Assembly: GCA_014728035.1 (NCBI GenBank)
Contig: WJMJ01000078.1
Coordinates: 1-64,000, forward strand
Direction of reading: 5' to 3'
Source: Promethearchaeota archaeon
GTDB lineage: Archaea > Asgardarchaeota > Thorarchaeia > Thorarchaeales > Thorarchaeaceae
Length of the DNA stretch: 64,000 nucleotides
Program-made: the position numbers and the translations under genes
Part shown: positions 39,570 through 49,155 of the stretch, piece after piece
How the letters are laid out: every line of letters starts with the position of its first letter
How positions within the stretch are numbered: position 1 is the stretch's first letter
The notes under the pieces: model-generated
Told to the model about the DNA's origin: nothing
Database searches by the model: none
The model's input: the letters and a program-made list of their open reading frames with translations, nothing else

Positions 39570-40319
39570 TCAATCATTATATTTACCAAGTAATGTCTTT
39601 TCAGAATATCCAAACCCTCTATCTGATGGTAATTCTATGAGGATGAAGCTTGAATCAAAATTGGATGTGATAACTAATGGTTCATCAATATCAGCTCTAG
39701 CTTGGTCTTTTGTACTAAGAGTATATTCACCAATATCAAGATATCCAGTTGTCACATACAGAAATATTCGTCTTGGTTTATCAAAATCAAGTGTGATTGA
39801 CTCGCCTGTTTCAAGCATTGAGCGGTAAATTGTTGCGTTGGCATGTAATGGAACCACATCATCAGACTGCCATCCTGATGCAATAGGAAGAAGTTTGTTC
39901 TTCCATTTCTTTGGCATGTATGTTTTCTGCTCATAACTTGGCTCGATATCAAATTCATTTGGTTCGATCCAAATTTGATAGAAATTGGTATTCATATCAA
40001 TCAGATTGAATTCAGAATGGCTTATACCCGAACCTGCAGACATTCTTTGAACATCACATACTCCAATTATTGATTCATTACCTATACTATCTCTATGAGT
40101 CATCTGCCCCTCTTCAACAATGGTGATTATCTCCATATTTTTGTGCGAATGCGTTGGGAATCCAGTATTTGGTGCAACTAGATCATCATTAAAGACTCGT
40201 AATGGTCCAAATCGGATGTTATCAGGATCGTAGTAGTGTGCAAATGAGAACAACCAGTATGTTCGCAGCCATCCAAAGTCTGCAAAGTGTCTCTTATCTG
40301 CTTTGATTATCTTAAACAT
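39570..40319 (-). CDS. Pirin family protein (YhhW-like)
   Basis: FSFAHYYDP, LRVFNDD, GFPTHSH..MEI, H.DS.GN, MSAGSGISHSE, QIWI. Confidence 0.9.
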   Translation of the reverse strand: MFKIIKADKRHFADFGWLRTYWLFSFAHYYDPDNIRFGPLRVFNDDLVAPNTGFPTHSHKNMEIITIVEEGQMTHRDSIGNESIIGVCDVQRMSAGSGISHSEFNLIDMNTNFYQIWIEPNEFDIEPSYEQKTYMPKKWKNKLLPIASGWQSDDVVPLHANATIYRSMLETGESITLDFDKPRRIFLYVTTGYLDIGEYTLSTKDQARADIDEPLVITSNFDSSFILIELPSDRGFGYSEKTLLGKYND

Positions 40320-40676
40320 AAAGGATTCCTCTATTCAGAAGGAGCTCACAATATTGAGCGAATCTACAATACCCTTCTCTCATTCCATTATTGGATTTAT
40401 CCCTTATACATCTTAACTTTTCACTAAAATGCATAAATCTCGAATTCGATTTGTTTTTCAAAGCTTGTTCTATTGTTTTATATGAAAACAATAGAATCAT
40501 GTTCTTGATATTTTCCGGGTAATTATGGATTCTAATAGAAAATATGTCTGTATTATCAAACGGTATCGTAGAACTCTCGTCCATAATGATTTCAAACGGT
40601 ATAATATTATATATTATACCATAACATCTCCACCTATAGCGTTAAAGTGTAATTGATGAAAAAGGGATTGAAAATA

Positions 40677-41030
40677 ATGTCCGAAGAAGAATTTCCAAAA
40701 TTAAATCCTAATGAAACTGTGATTCGAGAAAACAAAGCAAAACATGTGCGACACGGTGGACAGACAAAACAAGGTGGTACTTTGATATTAACAGACCAAA
40801 GACTCATCTTTGGTCGTCATACCTCTTTCTTATTCTTCCTGTTCAAAAAAACTCACGTGGCTGCAGACATATCACTAGGTGACATCGACAAAATTGAAAC
40901 TCAAGGCATGCTCAGAAAGTCATTGGTTGTTCACTACACAGTTAACAACAACACCGAAACAGATGTCTTTGAAGTTAGTGATGTTGAAGAATGGGAGTCG
41001 AAACTAAAAGAATTGGTTAGCTCAGAGTAG
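40677..41030 (+). CDS. PH/GRAM-like domain protein
   Basis: GGTLILTDQRLIF, I.LGDI..I, C-terminal helix VEEWESKLKE. Confidence 0.7.
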   Translation: MSEEEFPKLNPNETVIRENKAKHVRHGGQTKQGGTLILTDQRLIFGRHTSFLFFLFKKTHVAADISLGDIDKIETQGMLRKSLVVHYTVNNNTETDVFEVSDVEEWESKLKELVSSE

Positions 41031-41240
41031 ACTCCAGATCAGGATTGTCAGCATATTTTATACTGTTGGTAGCCTTCTGATTTAATCATTTCAGAGTTTA
41101 TCGATTTTGACACCAAATCAAGATTGGTTTGGTGCTCCTCTTTTTTTTGTAAGTTTTCTCAATAAGAGCTATCAATGGCAAAAGCGTTATATCACCAAAA
41201 CGTCTGATTTCAGTTAGACTCCTACTCATTGTATTCTTAT

Positions 41241-41358
41241 GCGGAGGTTGCCAAGCCAGGCCAAAGGCGTAGGGTTCAGATCCCTATCTCGTAGGAGTAA
41301 AATGCGTGCTTGCCACGTATTTGCCTAATCGCGTGTTCAAATCACGCCCTCCGCACCA
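41241..41358 (+). tRNA. tRNA-Leu(CAG) with encoded CCA and a ~30-nt non-canonical intron (about 41299-41328)
   Basis: Acceptor GCGGAGG/CCTCCGC + A CCA; D arm GCC/GGC; anticodon stem TAGGG/CCCTA with loop TT-CAG-AT; V arm CTC-GTAG-GAG; T arm GCGTG-TTCAAAT-CACGC; 88 nt after removing the insert. Confidence 0.9.
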
Positions 41359-41367
41359 TTCTACAAA

Positions 41368-42114
41368 TTATGATTCTTCGATTACTACTGCACCACTGTT
41401 GTATAACCAAAATGAATCAGGTTTTATTGAGCCAATTAGTGTTATATTGCTATCTCCTGCGGAGGCTATTCCTTTGTCTGTAGCTACCGACAATGAACAA
41501 AGTGCTGGCACTTGTGTATAGACTGCTTTATAGACCATCTCCGAGGTTATTCTTCCGGTCACGAAGAATATTGAATTTTCCAACTCCCATTTTTCTGAAA
41601 TTGCTAATCCAATTACTTTATCCATCGAATTGAGCCGACCAATATCTTCAGCAAAGAGGAAATCATCTTCTAAAGGATTGACCAACATAGAAGCATGTGT
41701 TCCGCCCGTTTCTACATGGAGAACTTGATTCTTACGCATTTGATTTACATATCCAAAAAGACTATCATAAGTGAGACTGAATTGCCTTGTGCTCTGAGGA
41801 TGGTAAATATGGATATTCTCAGTTTTTAATTGAAGAAATCTTTCAATGAGATCTATTCTGTTCCGCGAAGAAAGCGTGATACTTCCAGGCTCCACTGAGA
41901 GTAGCTTGATATCTTGAAAATCATCAACAAGTCCACTTGACATCAAATATCCTATTGCTAACATATCTTCCAAACCAGGACTACAAGAAAATTTGGCCAG
42001 CATGAAATCTTCAAGCCAGAGTTCTAATTTTGTTTCAACTACAATATCTTCCAATTGTTCCTGAAGCTTCCCATCGAAATATCTTTGAAAGCTAAACTGT
42101 TTTGAGTCGTCCAC
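41368..42114 (-). CDS. fdhD: FdhD/NarQ-family protein (degenerate active site)
   Basis: CSPG...LAIGYL, TGGTHA, EDIGR.N..DK, TGRITSEMVYKA. Confidence 0.8.
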   Translation of the reverse strand: MDDSKQFSFQRYFDGKLQEQLEDIVVETKLELWLEDFMLAKFSCSPGLEDMLAIGYLMSSGLVDDFQDIKLLSVEPGSITLSSRNRIDLIERFLQLKTENIHIYHPQSTRQFSLTYDSLFGYVNQMRKNQVLHVETGGTHASMLVNPLEDDFLFAEDIGRLNSMDKVIGLAISEKWELENSIFFVTGRITSEMVYKAVYTQVPALCSLSVATDKGIASAGDSNITLIGSIKPDSFWLYNSGAVVIEES

Positions 42115-42197
42115 GCTGGAACCTCACACTAACACAATCACTTAATCCTATTATTTCTAAGGTTTATTATCAGATGTTAGACTGAACAGAAAATATG

Positions 42198-42722
42198 CTA
42201 GCCAAAGAAAGCATGCAAATATAGAAGGACGGAGTTGGTTATCAAAGGAAATAGCAACCAAGTTACATAATTTCCGATTGGTGCTGTGAATCGATTTAGA
42301 TCAGGTGGGACGAACGAGAAATATCCCCTTTCAACTGGTGTCCATCTCCAGAGGTCTCGAATCTTGCAAAAGAATGGTTCAATCACCAATAGATCCAAGA
42401 GTGAATTTACAACACCTGAACCAATAACTGCAAAAGTGGGATGAAGTCCGAAGCTAAGGAATAGCAGGATACCACCTTGAATGACTGAAGTCCACATAAA
42501 AGGAATCCATGTTGGTACTCTTCCTATGAAGAGACCATTTGGTTCTGTATAATGATAGTAGCCTTTTCCAGAAACATAATGTTCACCTACTAAAGCAGTT
42601 ATGAAAATCAGCAAGAAATGAGGAAATACAACCCATCCAAAAAAAGTCCAGATAAAATGGAGAATAATTGTGCTTGCTGCCACTGAAATGAGCAACAATA
42701 TAAAACCCACACTCTTTTGCAT
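42198..42722 (-). CDS. Membrane protein, CruF/DUF422-like
   Basis: YYHY...IGRVPTWIPFMW, LDLLVIEP, W.W, PIGNYVTW. Confidence 0.6.
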   Translation of the reverse strand: MQKSVGFILLLISVAASTIILHFIWTFFGWVVFPHFLLIFITALVGEHYVSGKGYYHYTEPNGLFIGRVPTWIPFMWTSVIQGGILLFLSFGLHPTFAVIGSGVVNSLLDLLVIEPFFCKIRDLWRWTPVERGYFSFVPPDLNRFTAPIGNYVTWLLFPLITNSVLLYLHAFFG

Positions 42723-42739
42723 GCTTGAATGTATCCCTC

Positions 42740-43084
42740 CTAGTCGGTGGATTTGGTTCTTCTCCTTTTGACCTTCCCCTTGAGAGAGCTTTTCAATTTC
42801 CTTTGTAGTTCTCTCGTGCGTTCTTTGAAACTTATCACAAAAGAACGACCCTTTCTCTCAGTTTCGATTTGTTTTTCAACCAAGGTATTCTGAATATCAA
42901 GAAGGATATCAATAACTGAAGAAACAGTACGTCTATCAACACCCAGAATTCTAGATAGTTTTGCAATGGTCATAGGTGTTCCAGATTTCATCTCATGGAT
43001 GACTCCACGCATCACCTTTTCCAAACCATGCCTCTCAAATCCAAATCCCGAGTTCGATACAGACATTATTCTCATATTGTACAT
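42740..43084 (-). CDS. Small winged-HTH DNA-binding protein
   Basis: MTIAKLSRILGVDRRTVSSVI; basic tail. Confidence 0.7.
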   Translation of the reverse strand: MYNMRIMSVSNSGFGFERHGLEKVMRGVIHEMKSGTPMTIAKLSRILGVDRRTVSSVIDILLDIQNTLVEKQIETERKGRSFVISFKERTRELQRKLKSSLKGKVKRRRTKSTD

Positions 43085-43252
43085 ACAATAACTGCAATAT
43101 ATACATAACTATGTATACTTTATTATGAGCTATTTGATGGTTTATCGGTCTGAATTGGCATAATTGAAGTGTTTTCGTTATATAACCATATTTTGTCTTA
43201 GAACCAAATAACTAATCAGTAAGAAATCAGCTTAGTGGATTAAGGGAGAGAT

Positions 43253-43804
43253 ATGACAGAGTACTATCTTGACATTGAAACTCTTGGAGTAAATCCCGAG
43301 CGAAATAAACTAATCACCATTCAATATCAGCAATTGGACACCAAGACCGGAAAACCTACTGGACCTCTCACTATTTTGAAGGAATGGGAATCTTCTGAGA
43401 AAGAGATGCTTAGAGATTTTCTCGATATCATTAATCCAGACAATGCATGGGACTTTATTCCAGTAGGTTACAATCTTCGGTTTGAGCTGTATTTTTTGCA
43501 GGCGCGGCTTCGAAAAATACTGAAATTAGACCTCAGTGATGAATGGCTCTACTACGATTTACCAAGGATAGATGTTAAGAGCACTATCGTTATGATGAAC
43601 AAAGGCCAATTCAAAGGATCGTCTCTCGAGTGGTTTACAAAGAGTGAACTACATGATAGTCAAGTTTCTATCTGGTACGCTCGCAAGGAGTATCATATGA
43701 TAGAGGAATATATCAAAGATGCAGCAAATAGGTTTCTACATGCTTACCAGTATCTAAAAATACAGCTGCCAATACTCCATGAAGGCTATTCTCCTTCTAT
43801 CTAA
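43253..43804 (+). CDS. DnaQ/RNase H-like 3'-5' exonuclease-fold protein
   Basis: YLDIETLG, VGYNLRFE, Y..D. Confidence 0.75.
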   Translation: MTEYYLDIETLGVNPERNKLITIQYQQLDTKTGKPTGPLTILKEWESSEKEMLRDFLDIINPDNAWDFIPVGYNLRFELYFLQARLRKILKLDLSDEWLYYDLPRIDVKSTIVMMNKGQFKGSSLEWFTKSELHDSQVSIWYARKEYHMIEEYIKDAANRFLHAYQYLKIQLPILHEGYSPSI

Positions 43805-43948
43805 GAAAATAGTATCACTTTCATAGATAACATTTGGAAACACAATCCAAAATATTTCATAGAGTTATATATGGGCAGTTGGTGGAAATATTCCTTCAAA
43901 ATAGTATAGCTGAAGAAACTCAAATAAGAAATAATATTCAGTAGTAAA

Positions 43949-44395
43949 TTACTCATTTCGAGGAATTATAAACAGGGTTTCTATCTTTTCTATCCCATCA
44001 ATCGTTTCAAGTTGAGTAGTTATGAATGTAGACAAGCTTTGCATATCTTTTACCAAAATTAACGCCATAAAGTTCGATGGGCCTGCAGTAGAATAGACTA
44101 TATCAATTTCAGTGAAACTTCTGAGTTTTGTATATAGCGCATCAGATGACCCGGGTTTTGAAGTAATCAGAGCTATGACTTGAATCTCGTAGCCCATTTT
44201 TCTATAATCAACATCAATCGTGAATTTACGAATGAATCCCTCTTCTTCCAAACGTGCAATACGATTTCGGACTGAGCTTGGACTTAGATTAACAGCCTTG
44301 GCCGCAGCAATATCTCTCAGGGAACGTCTTGAATCCTCTTGAAGGATTTCGATAATTTTACGGTCCTTTGCATCAAGTCTATTTGCATGACCCAT
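43949..44395 (-). CDS. Lrp/AsnC family regulator
   Basis: LDAKDRKIIEILQEDSRRSLRDIA, RLEEEGFI. Confidence 0.9.
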   Translation of the reverse strand: MGHANRLDAKDRKIIEILQEDSRRSLRDIAAAKAVNLSPSSVRNRIARLEEEGFIRKFTIDVDYRKMGYEIQVIALITSKPGSSDALYTKLRSFTEIDIVYSTAGPSNFMALILVKDMQSLSTFITTQLETIDGIEKIETLFIIPRNE

Positions 44396-44463
44396 CTTAA
44401 CCCAACATATACAGCGTATTAGCTATTGGTGATAAATCATTGGTCTAGAAGGAGATGCGCTGA

Positions 44464-44485
44464 GCGCCAACAAGGTAGTTGGCGC
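44464..44485 (-). terminator. GC-rich hairpin directly 3' of eIF5A
   Basis: GCGCCAAC-AAGGTA-GTTGGCGC perfect 8-bp stem, 6 nt after the stop. Confidence 0.4.
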
Positions 44486-44491
44486 CTAGTC

Positions 44492-44887
44492 TTACTTTAC
44501 TCTGGTAATTATTTTTCTGCCCATCAAGTCCCAAACTTCTACGCCAACATTCAATTCGATCTTGGCTGCCAGTTCTTCATCAGCTGGCCGTGGAACTTCG
44601 TAGGTTTCGTAAGTTTCGCTATCCATCAATGATAGGTTGTCACCTAAATCAGCAATAACTGTGGCACTTCGTTTGTCAATAACTGGTACATCAACCATAC
44701 GGTCGACAGGCATTATGACATTGCGTTTTCTACCATCAAAGAATCCAATTGCCATGATGTTTGCTTTTGCTGATCCGTGCTTTCCTGGTTTTGATTTTTC
44801 AACGGAAACAACTTTGCAAGGCTCATCATCAATTATGAAATAACTACCTGGTTTCAAGCTCTTTGCATCGGTTTTTCGGATGCTCAA
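44492..44887 (-). CDS. eif5a: Translation factor aIF5A
   Basis: SKPGKHGSAKA hypusine motif; GGTGA SD before TTG at 44887. Confidence 0.95.
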   Translation of the reverse strand: MSIRKTDAKSLKPGSYFIIDDEPCKVVSVEKSKPGKHGSAKANIMAIGFFDGRKRNVIMPVDRMVDVPVIDKRSATVIADLGDNLSLMDSETYETYEVPRPADEELAAKIELNVGVEVWDLMGRKIITRVK

Positions 44888-44960
44888 TTGTTTCACCAAA
44901 CCTGACTGGACTGGATTTCAGACCAAGTCTTGTCTACACCTAATAGACTACTGATATACT

Positions 44961-45908
44961 TTGCGACCGCATATATTGAAACCAACCAACAATGGTAAAA
45001 AGGAACCATTGCCAAAACCATACTGGATGTGTTCAGCCTTGATTGAGAAGAATCCGCAGATTCTTAGTGACCGTAGAACAGTGGGATTGGTTTGCAAACC
45101 AGGACGACCAGAGATAGAGCGATTTGGAAATAGAGTAGCGGAATATCTGATCGAACAAGAAATTGAAGTTCTATTTGACCCAGGATCTCTAAATCTAGCG
45201 CATTTGAGTGCGAGTCCCACACTTATTGAAGACATGAATGTTGATTTCGTCATCACAATAGGAGGTGACGGCACAATCTTGTATACCCTCTCGAACCTTC
45301 CGGACCGTGAGATTCCATTCTTTTGTATCAATAGGGGTACTGTTGGATTCATGACCGAGGCAAGTACAACCACCGCTTTCTCAGCTTTGGAAAAAGTCTT
45401 GGATAATGACTGCATCATCGAATCTAGTGTGAATATCAGTTCTGGAGTTGGCTCACGCCGCTTCGAAGATGCATTGAATGAAGTATATGTCGTTTCAAGA
45501 GTGCCAGGAAGATTACTTACATTTCAGGTATATCTTGACGGAACAAATGTTGATTATGGTCGGGCCGATGGAGCGATGCTTGCAACGCCAACAGGTTCAA
45601 CTGCATATGCATTGGCAGCAGGCGGTTCTATTCTCGCACCTAATGTGCATGGATTTATTTTCGTACCTGTATGCCCACCACGCTTTGAGCTGAAATCGAT
45701 TGTTATTCCTGATGAAAGTAAACTAGAATTGGAATTAGTGAAGGCAGGTGCAAGGGGTCTAGCAGTTATTGATGGACAGACACGTTGGGATGTTGAGCCC
45801 GATGAAAGGGTATGGATTAGAAAATCCGACACCTGTACTCGGTTTATTCGTCTCTACGATAATTATTATGAACGGTTAAGAACTAGATTAGTGCCCCGTA
45901 CGTTATAG
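44961..45908 (+). CDS. nadK: NAD kinase (start probably downstream of the ORF call)
   Basis: IGGDGTIL, LNE, ADG...TPTGSTAYALAAGG. Confidence 0.92.
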   Translation: MRPHILKPTNNGKKEPLPKPYWMCSALIEKNPQILSDRRTVGLVCKPGRPEIERFGNRVAEYLIEQEIEVLFDPGSLNLAHLSASPTLIEDMNVDFVITIGGDGTILYTLSNLPDREIPFFCINRGTVGFMTEASTTTAFSALEKVLDNDCIIESSVNISSGVGSRRFEDALNEVYVVSRVPGRLLTFQVYLDGTNVDYGRADGAMLATPTGSTAYALAAGGSILAPNVHGFIFVPVCPPRFELKSIVIPDESKLELELVKAGARGLAVIDGQTRWDVEPDERVWIRKSDTCTRFIRLYDNYYERLRTRLVPRTL

Positions 45909-46436
45909 GTGGGTTGTATGGGTAAACTATACATTTTGGATACGGGAGCATTTCTCTCAACCTGGACTCAGAAACAGATTGATGCCGAGTTCATTTCAAC
46001 ACCTAGTGTTTATGACGAATTAAAAAATCGAACTAGCAGAAATCGAGCAGACACACTCATCAGTCTTGACAAATTGAGTCTCATCAGTGGAAACCCACAG
46101 GTCATAAAAAAGGTTAGAGATGCTGCTTCTGAATTTGGTGACCGAGTCGTATTATCAGATACAGACATCGAGTTAATAGCTGTTGCTCTGATCTACAATC
46201 AGGAACGAGAGAGTGTTATGTTAGTATCTACTGACTTAGCGGTACTAAATACAGCTGCTTCATTGAGCATAAAGATAATAGACCCCAAAAAACGGATGCG
46301 TAAAACGATACTTTGGATCTATAGATGCGAAGCGTGTGGAAGAACCGAACATCGCCCTCCTGCAAACTTAGAATGTCCTGTATGCGGTACAATTATGCAC
46401 AGAAAATCAAAAGCTAGTTCTAAAGTACGAAAGTGA
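45909..46436 (+). CDS. nob1: Nob1-like PIN + zinc-ribbon rRNA maturation endonuclease
   Basis: ILDTGAF, LSDTDIELIA, STDLAVLN, CEACG...CPVCG. Confidence 0.85.
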   Translation: MGCMGKLYILDTGAFLSTWTQKQIDAEFISTPSVYDELKNRTSRNRADTLISLDKLSLISGNPQVIKKVRDAASEFGDRVVLSDTDIELIAVALIYNQERESVMLVSTDLAVLNTAASLSIKIIDPKKRMRKTILWIYRCEACGRTEHRPPANLECPVCGTIMHRKSKASSKVRK

Positions 46437-46501
46437 GTATTACTAGAGTTATACTCTTAGTTAAGTTCTATTTCTGTAGGATATATTCTGAGGCATAGGT
46501 T

Positions 46502-46771
46502 ATGATTTCAAGAAAAGGCGAAGAAATTGATAGAGAAATCGAAGACATCAAATATCAAGTTAGGAGAGAGCTTGAAACGATAAAATCCCTAATGGACGAC
46601 TTTGGATATCGAAATACACCTCCAGGTTGGACAATGCCTTTTCAACTTCATCGACTTAGACGTGCTCTCCGAATCCATTATCTTGCCCTGAAGATTCGTG
46701 AAACCACTCCAGAACCAAAAAACATGCATGATCTGACTTGGGAGTTCAGTCCTGCAGATATGCAATTCTAA
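46502..46771 (+). CDS. Hypothetical protein
   Basis: 89-aa ORF filling the gap; abuts the convergent gene. Confidence 0.5.
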   Translation: MISRKGEEIDREIEDIKYQVRRELETIKSLMDDFGYRNTPPGWTMPFQLHRLRRALRIHYLALKIRETTPEPKNMHDLTWEFSPADMQF

Positions 46772-47200
46772 TCATTCACCAATGATTAGAATCTCTAATT
46801 TTCTATCTCTGGATTTGTTATCGAAATCTACGAAAGCTATTTGCTGCCATGTGCCTAAAGTTAGTCTTGTGTCAACAAATGGAACTGTAAGACTTGGGCC
46901 AATAATTGAAGCACGTATGTGTGAATGTCCATTTCCATCTCTCCAACGGAGATGATGTTCGTATACTGCATCTCGTGGTGCAAGACGTTCCATTGCTTCT
47001 GGAAAATCCTGTAACAGCCCATCTTCGTACTCGATTGTTATTATTGACCCTGTAGAACCAGGACAAAAAACAGTACATATCCCTGTCTTGAGTCCACTTT
47101 TGATAACAACATCCGCAACCTTTTGCGTGATGTCAATCATATCACAATTTCCTTCGGTCTGTAATCCGATTGTAGAATGATACGTGGGCATTATCGTCAC
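46772..47200 (-). CDS. YjbQ/UPF0047 family protein
   Basis: GNGHSHIRAS, LGTWQQI. Confidence 0.9.
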   Translation of the reverse strand: MTIMPTYHSTIGLQTEGNCDMIDITQKVADVVIKSGLKTGICTVFCPGSTGSIITIEYEDGLLQDFPEAMERLAPRDAVYEHHLRWRDGNGHSHIRASIIGPSLTVPFVDTRLTLGTWQQIAFVDFDNKSRDRKLEILIIGE

Positions 47201-47237
47201 TAGTTTAGAACTATCAAGCTTCTACTTGTTTTTTGTG

Positions 47238-49031
47238 TTACTTGTTCTGTGCTATTCTAATGAGTTTTCTCAGTGTTGGTGCTTCTTCAACCAAATCTTC
47301 TTCACGTTCTTGTAAGGATAATAGTGCAGCAATTCCGCTCCCTTTATTCAATGCAGTTACAACCTCAAGGATAGCTGCTTCTTTTTCGCAGTCACATTTT
47401 TTCACAATTGCATCCATTTTCTTGACGATTCTCGATAGAGTAGTATCATCACCCATATCATGTTCATAAATAGAAGTAAAAACAAGATAGAGGTCCTCAA
47501 AAGCTTCTTCTGGCTCGTTGATTTCTATGAATCCATCAGCTGATCTTTCAAGATACTCAATTGCCTCTTCAATATAGTCTGAGTCTTTAGTTAGTATTGC
47601 TTCAACTCCCGCTGCACGAAGCCATATTGTTGCCAATTCAGGCACTTCTAATTCTTCATAAAATTGTGCTGCTTCCAGGGCTTTCTTGCTTGCTATTGTG
47701 TGATACTCTTGATGCTTGGCCATATCACCTAAATGTTCTGCACAAGCTGCAGCTTTATTGTAGTACTTTGAAGCTTCGTCATTTTGTCCTTGCTCAGCAA
47801 TTTTCTCAGCAAGTTTTACGTAGATATTCATTGCTTCTTCGTAATGCTTGTCAGCTTCATTTTCCTTCCCAGCCTCTTTGAGAACCACAGATGCCTCCTC
47901 TAATGAAAGGGCCTGCTGTTCATAATGTTCTTCCTTTTCTTCTCGTGTGGCCTGATTCAGATAGTAATCGACAACTTCTCGATAGATTTGTTCAGCTTCC
48001 TCATCTTGTCCCCATCCTTTTAGACAAAATGCCATATGCCGCAGGTAGTTTTTCTCTGATGAAAGTTCTTTCTCTTCTTTTGCTTTTTCGGACAATTGAG
48101 AGAAAAGTTCACCAGCCTTTTTAAAGGCCCATTTAGCTTTCATTACTCTTCCTAGATCTCTGAACAATTCTCCTGCTTTAATTAATAATGGAGCAAGAAC
48201 TTCTGGCTTTCCTTCCATCTTCATATATGCTTCTGCAGCCTTGAGCATAGCTTTTTTTCTTGCACTTGTTAACCGTTCAAGCCGATAAGCTTCTTGTGCA
48301 GCATCAAAAATATTCCCAGCCTTTTCATATAATTCAGCTACCTCATAGAACTCTCCTGCATCCATCATAAGTCGAATTGCATCTATGATGTTGCCTCTTG
48401 TTTGCATGATTTGTGCAGCTTCAGCAAGAGCATTTCCTGCAGACATGAAATCCTTTTCATCTTTCGAGAGATCAGCCCATTTCATTGCAAGTCTAATTGC
48501 ACGATCATTGATACGCTCGCCAAGTTCATCATCACCACACTTGTAATAGAGGCGACCCACCTTCTTGAGGAGACTAATGGTCTTTTCAAAATCTTTTTCA
48601 AGTTCTTTGATGTCTGCTAATTCCTCGAGTGCATCTGCAGCTTTCATAGTAAGTACACTCTTTTCCTTCTCGCTTTCCCCAAAGTCAGCTGCTCGGAAAT
48701 AGAAATCAGCTGCCTGTTTATACTCAGTTGCTTGTTCAGCTATCTTAGCAGCAGTTTTGTTAACCCTGACTATTTCCTTATGAATTTCTGGATTTGAGTC
48801 CATTCGTATCAACATGAGTGTGGCATTGTTGAATGCTTGAAATGCTTCCTCTGCACGATATAACTTGCTATATGCGAAGCCAGTTTCTTCATATATTTTG
48901 GAGGCTTCTTGAAATTTACCCTTCGAAGCCAAAATATCTGCTGCTTTCTCCAATAGTCTTGCACCATCTACCCGATTTCCTTTACTCAGAATCTCTCTTG
49001 CTTTTTCTAACATATCATTGATGGAGGGCAT
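47238..49031 (-). CDS. Alpha-SNAP-like TPR/helical repeat protein
   Basis: Repeated A..Y.KAA..F/Y units (EASKIYEETG, QAADFYFRAA, EASKYYNKAA). Confidence 0.7.
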   Translation of the reverse strand: MPSINDMLEKAREILSKGNRVDGARLLEKAADILASKGKFQEASKIYEETGFAYSKLYRAEEAFQAFNNATLMLIRMDSNPEIHKEIVRVNKTAAKIAEQATEYKQAADFYFRAADFGESEKEKSVLTMKAADALEELADIKELEKDFEKTISLLKKVGRLYYKCGDDELGERINDRAIRLAMKWADLSKDEKDFMSAGNALAEAAQIMQTRGNIIDAIRLMMDAGEFYEVAELYEKAGNIFDAAQEAYRLERLTSARKKAMLKAAEAYMKMEGKPEVLAPLLIKAGELFRDLGRVMKAKWAFKKAGELFSQLSEKAKEEKELSSEKNYLRHMAFCLKGWGQDEEAEQIYREVVDYYLNQATREEKEEHYEQQALSLEEASVVLKEAGKENEADKHYEEAMNIYVKLAEKIAEQGQNDEASKYYNKAAACAEHLGDMAKHQEYHTIASKKALEAAQFYEELEVPELATIWLRAAGVEAILTKDSDYIEEAIEYLERSADGFIEINEPEEAFEDLYLVFTSIYEHDMGDDTTLSRIVKKMDAIVKKCDCEKEAAILEVVTALNKGSGIAALLSLQEREEDLVEEAPTLRKLIRIAQNK

Positions 49032-49155
49032 TAGTTCACCTCATGATTCAAGGGGGACAATTATTTTTCTGATTTCAATCTTATAATTAATATTGCGTGA
49101 AATACACTTCATTTCTCTCAGGTAAAACTCAAATAGTGTTATGATATGAACGAAG

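Noticed and set aside
40312-40584. 90-aa ORF upstream of pirin
   Set aside because: No recognisable features; AT-rich divergent intergenic region; cannot be supported
41275-41281. TCA in the anticodon loop suggesting tRNA-Sec
   Set aside because: The centred anticodon of the 7-nt loop is CAG; the 7/5 acceptor/T stems, A73 and short V arm are Leu-type
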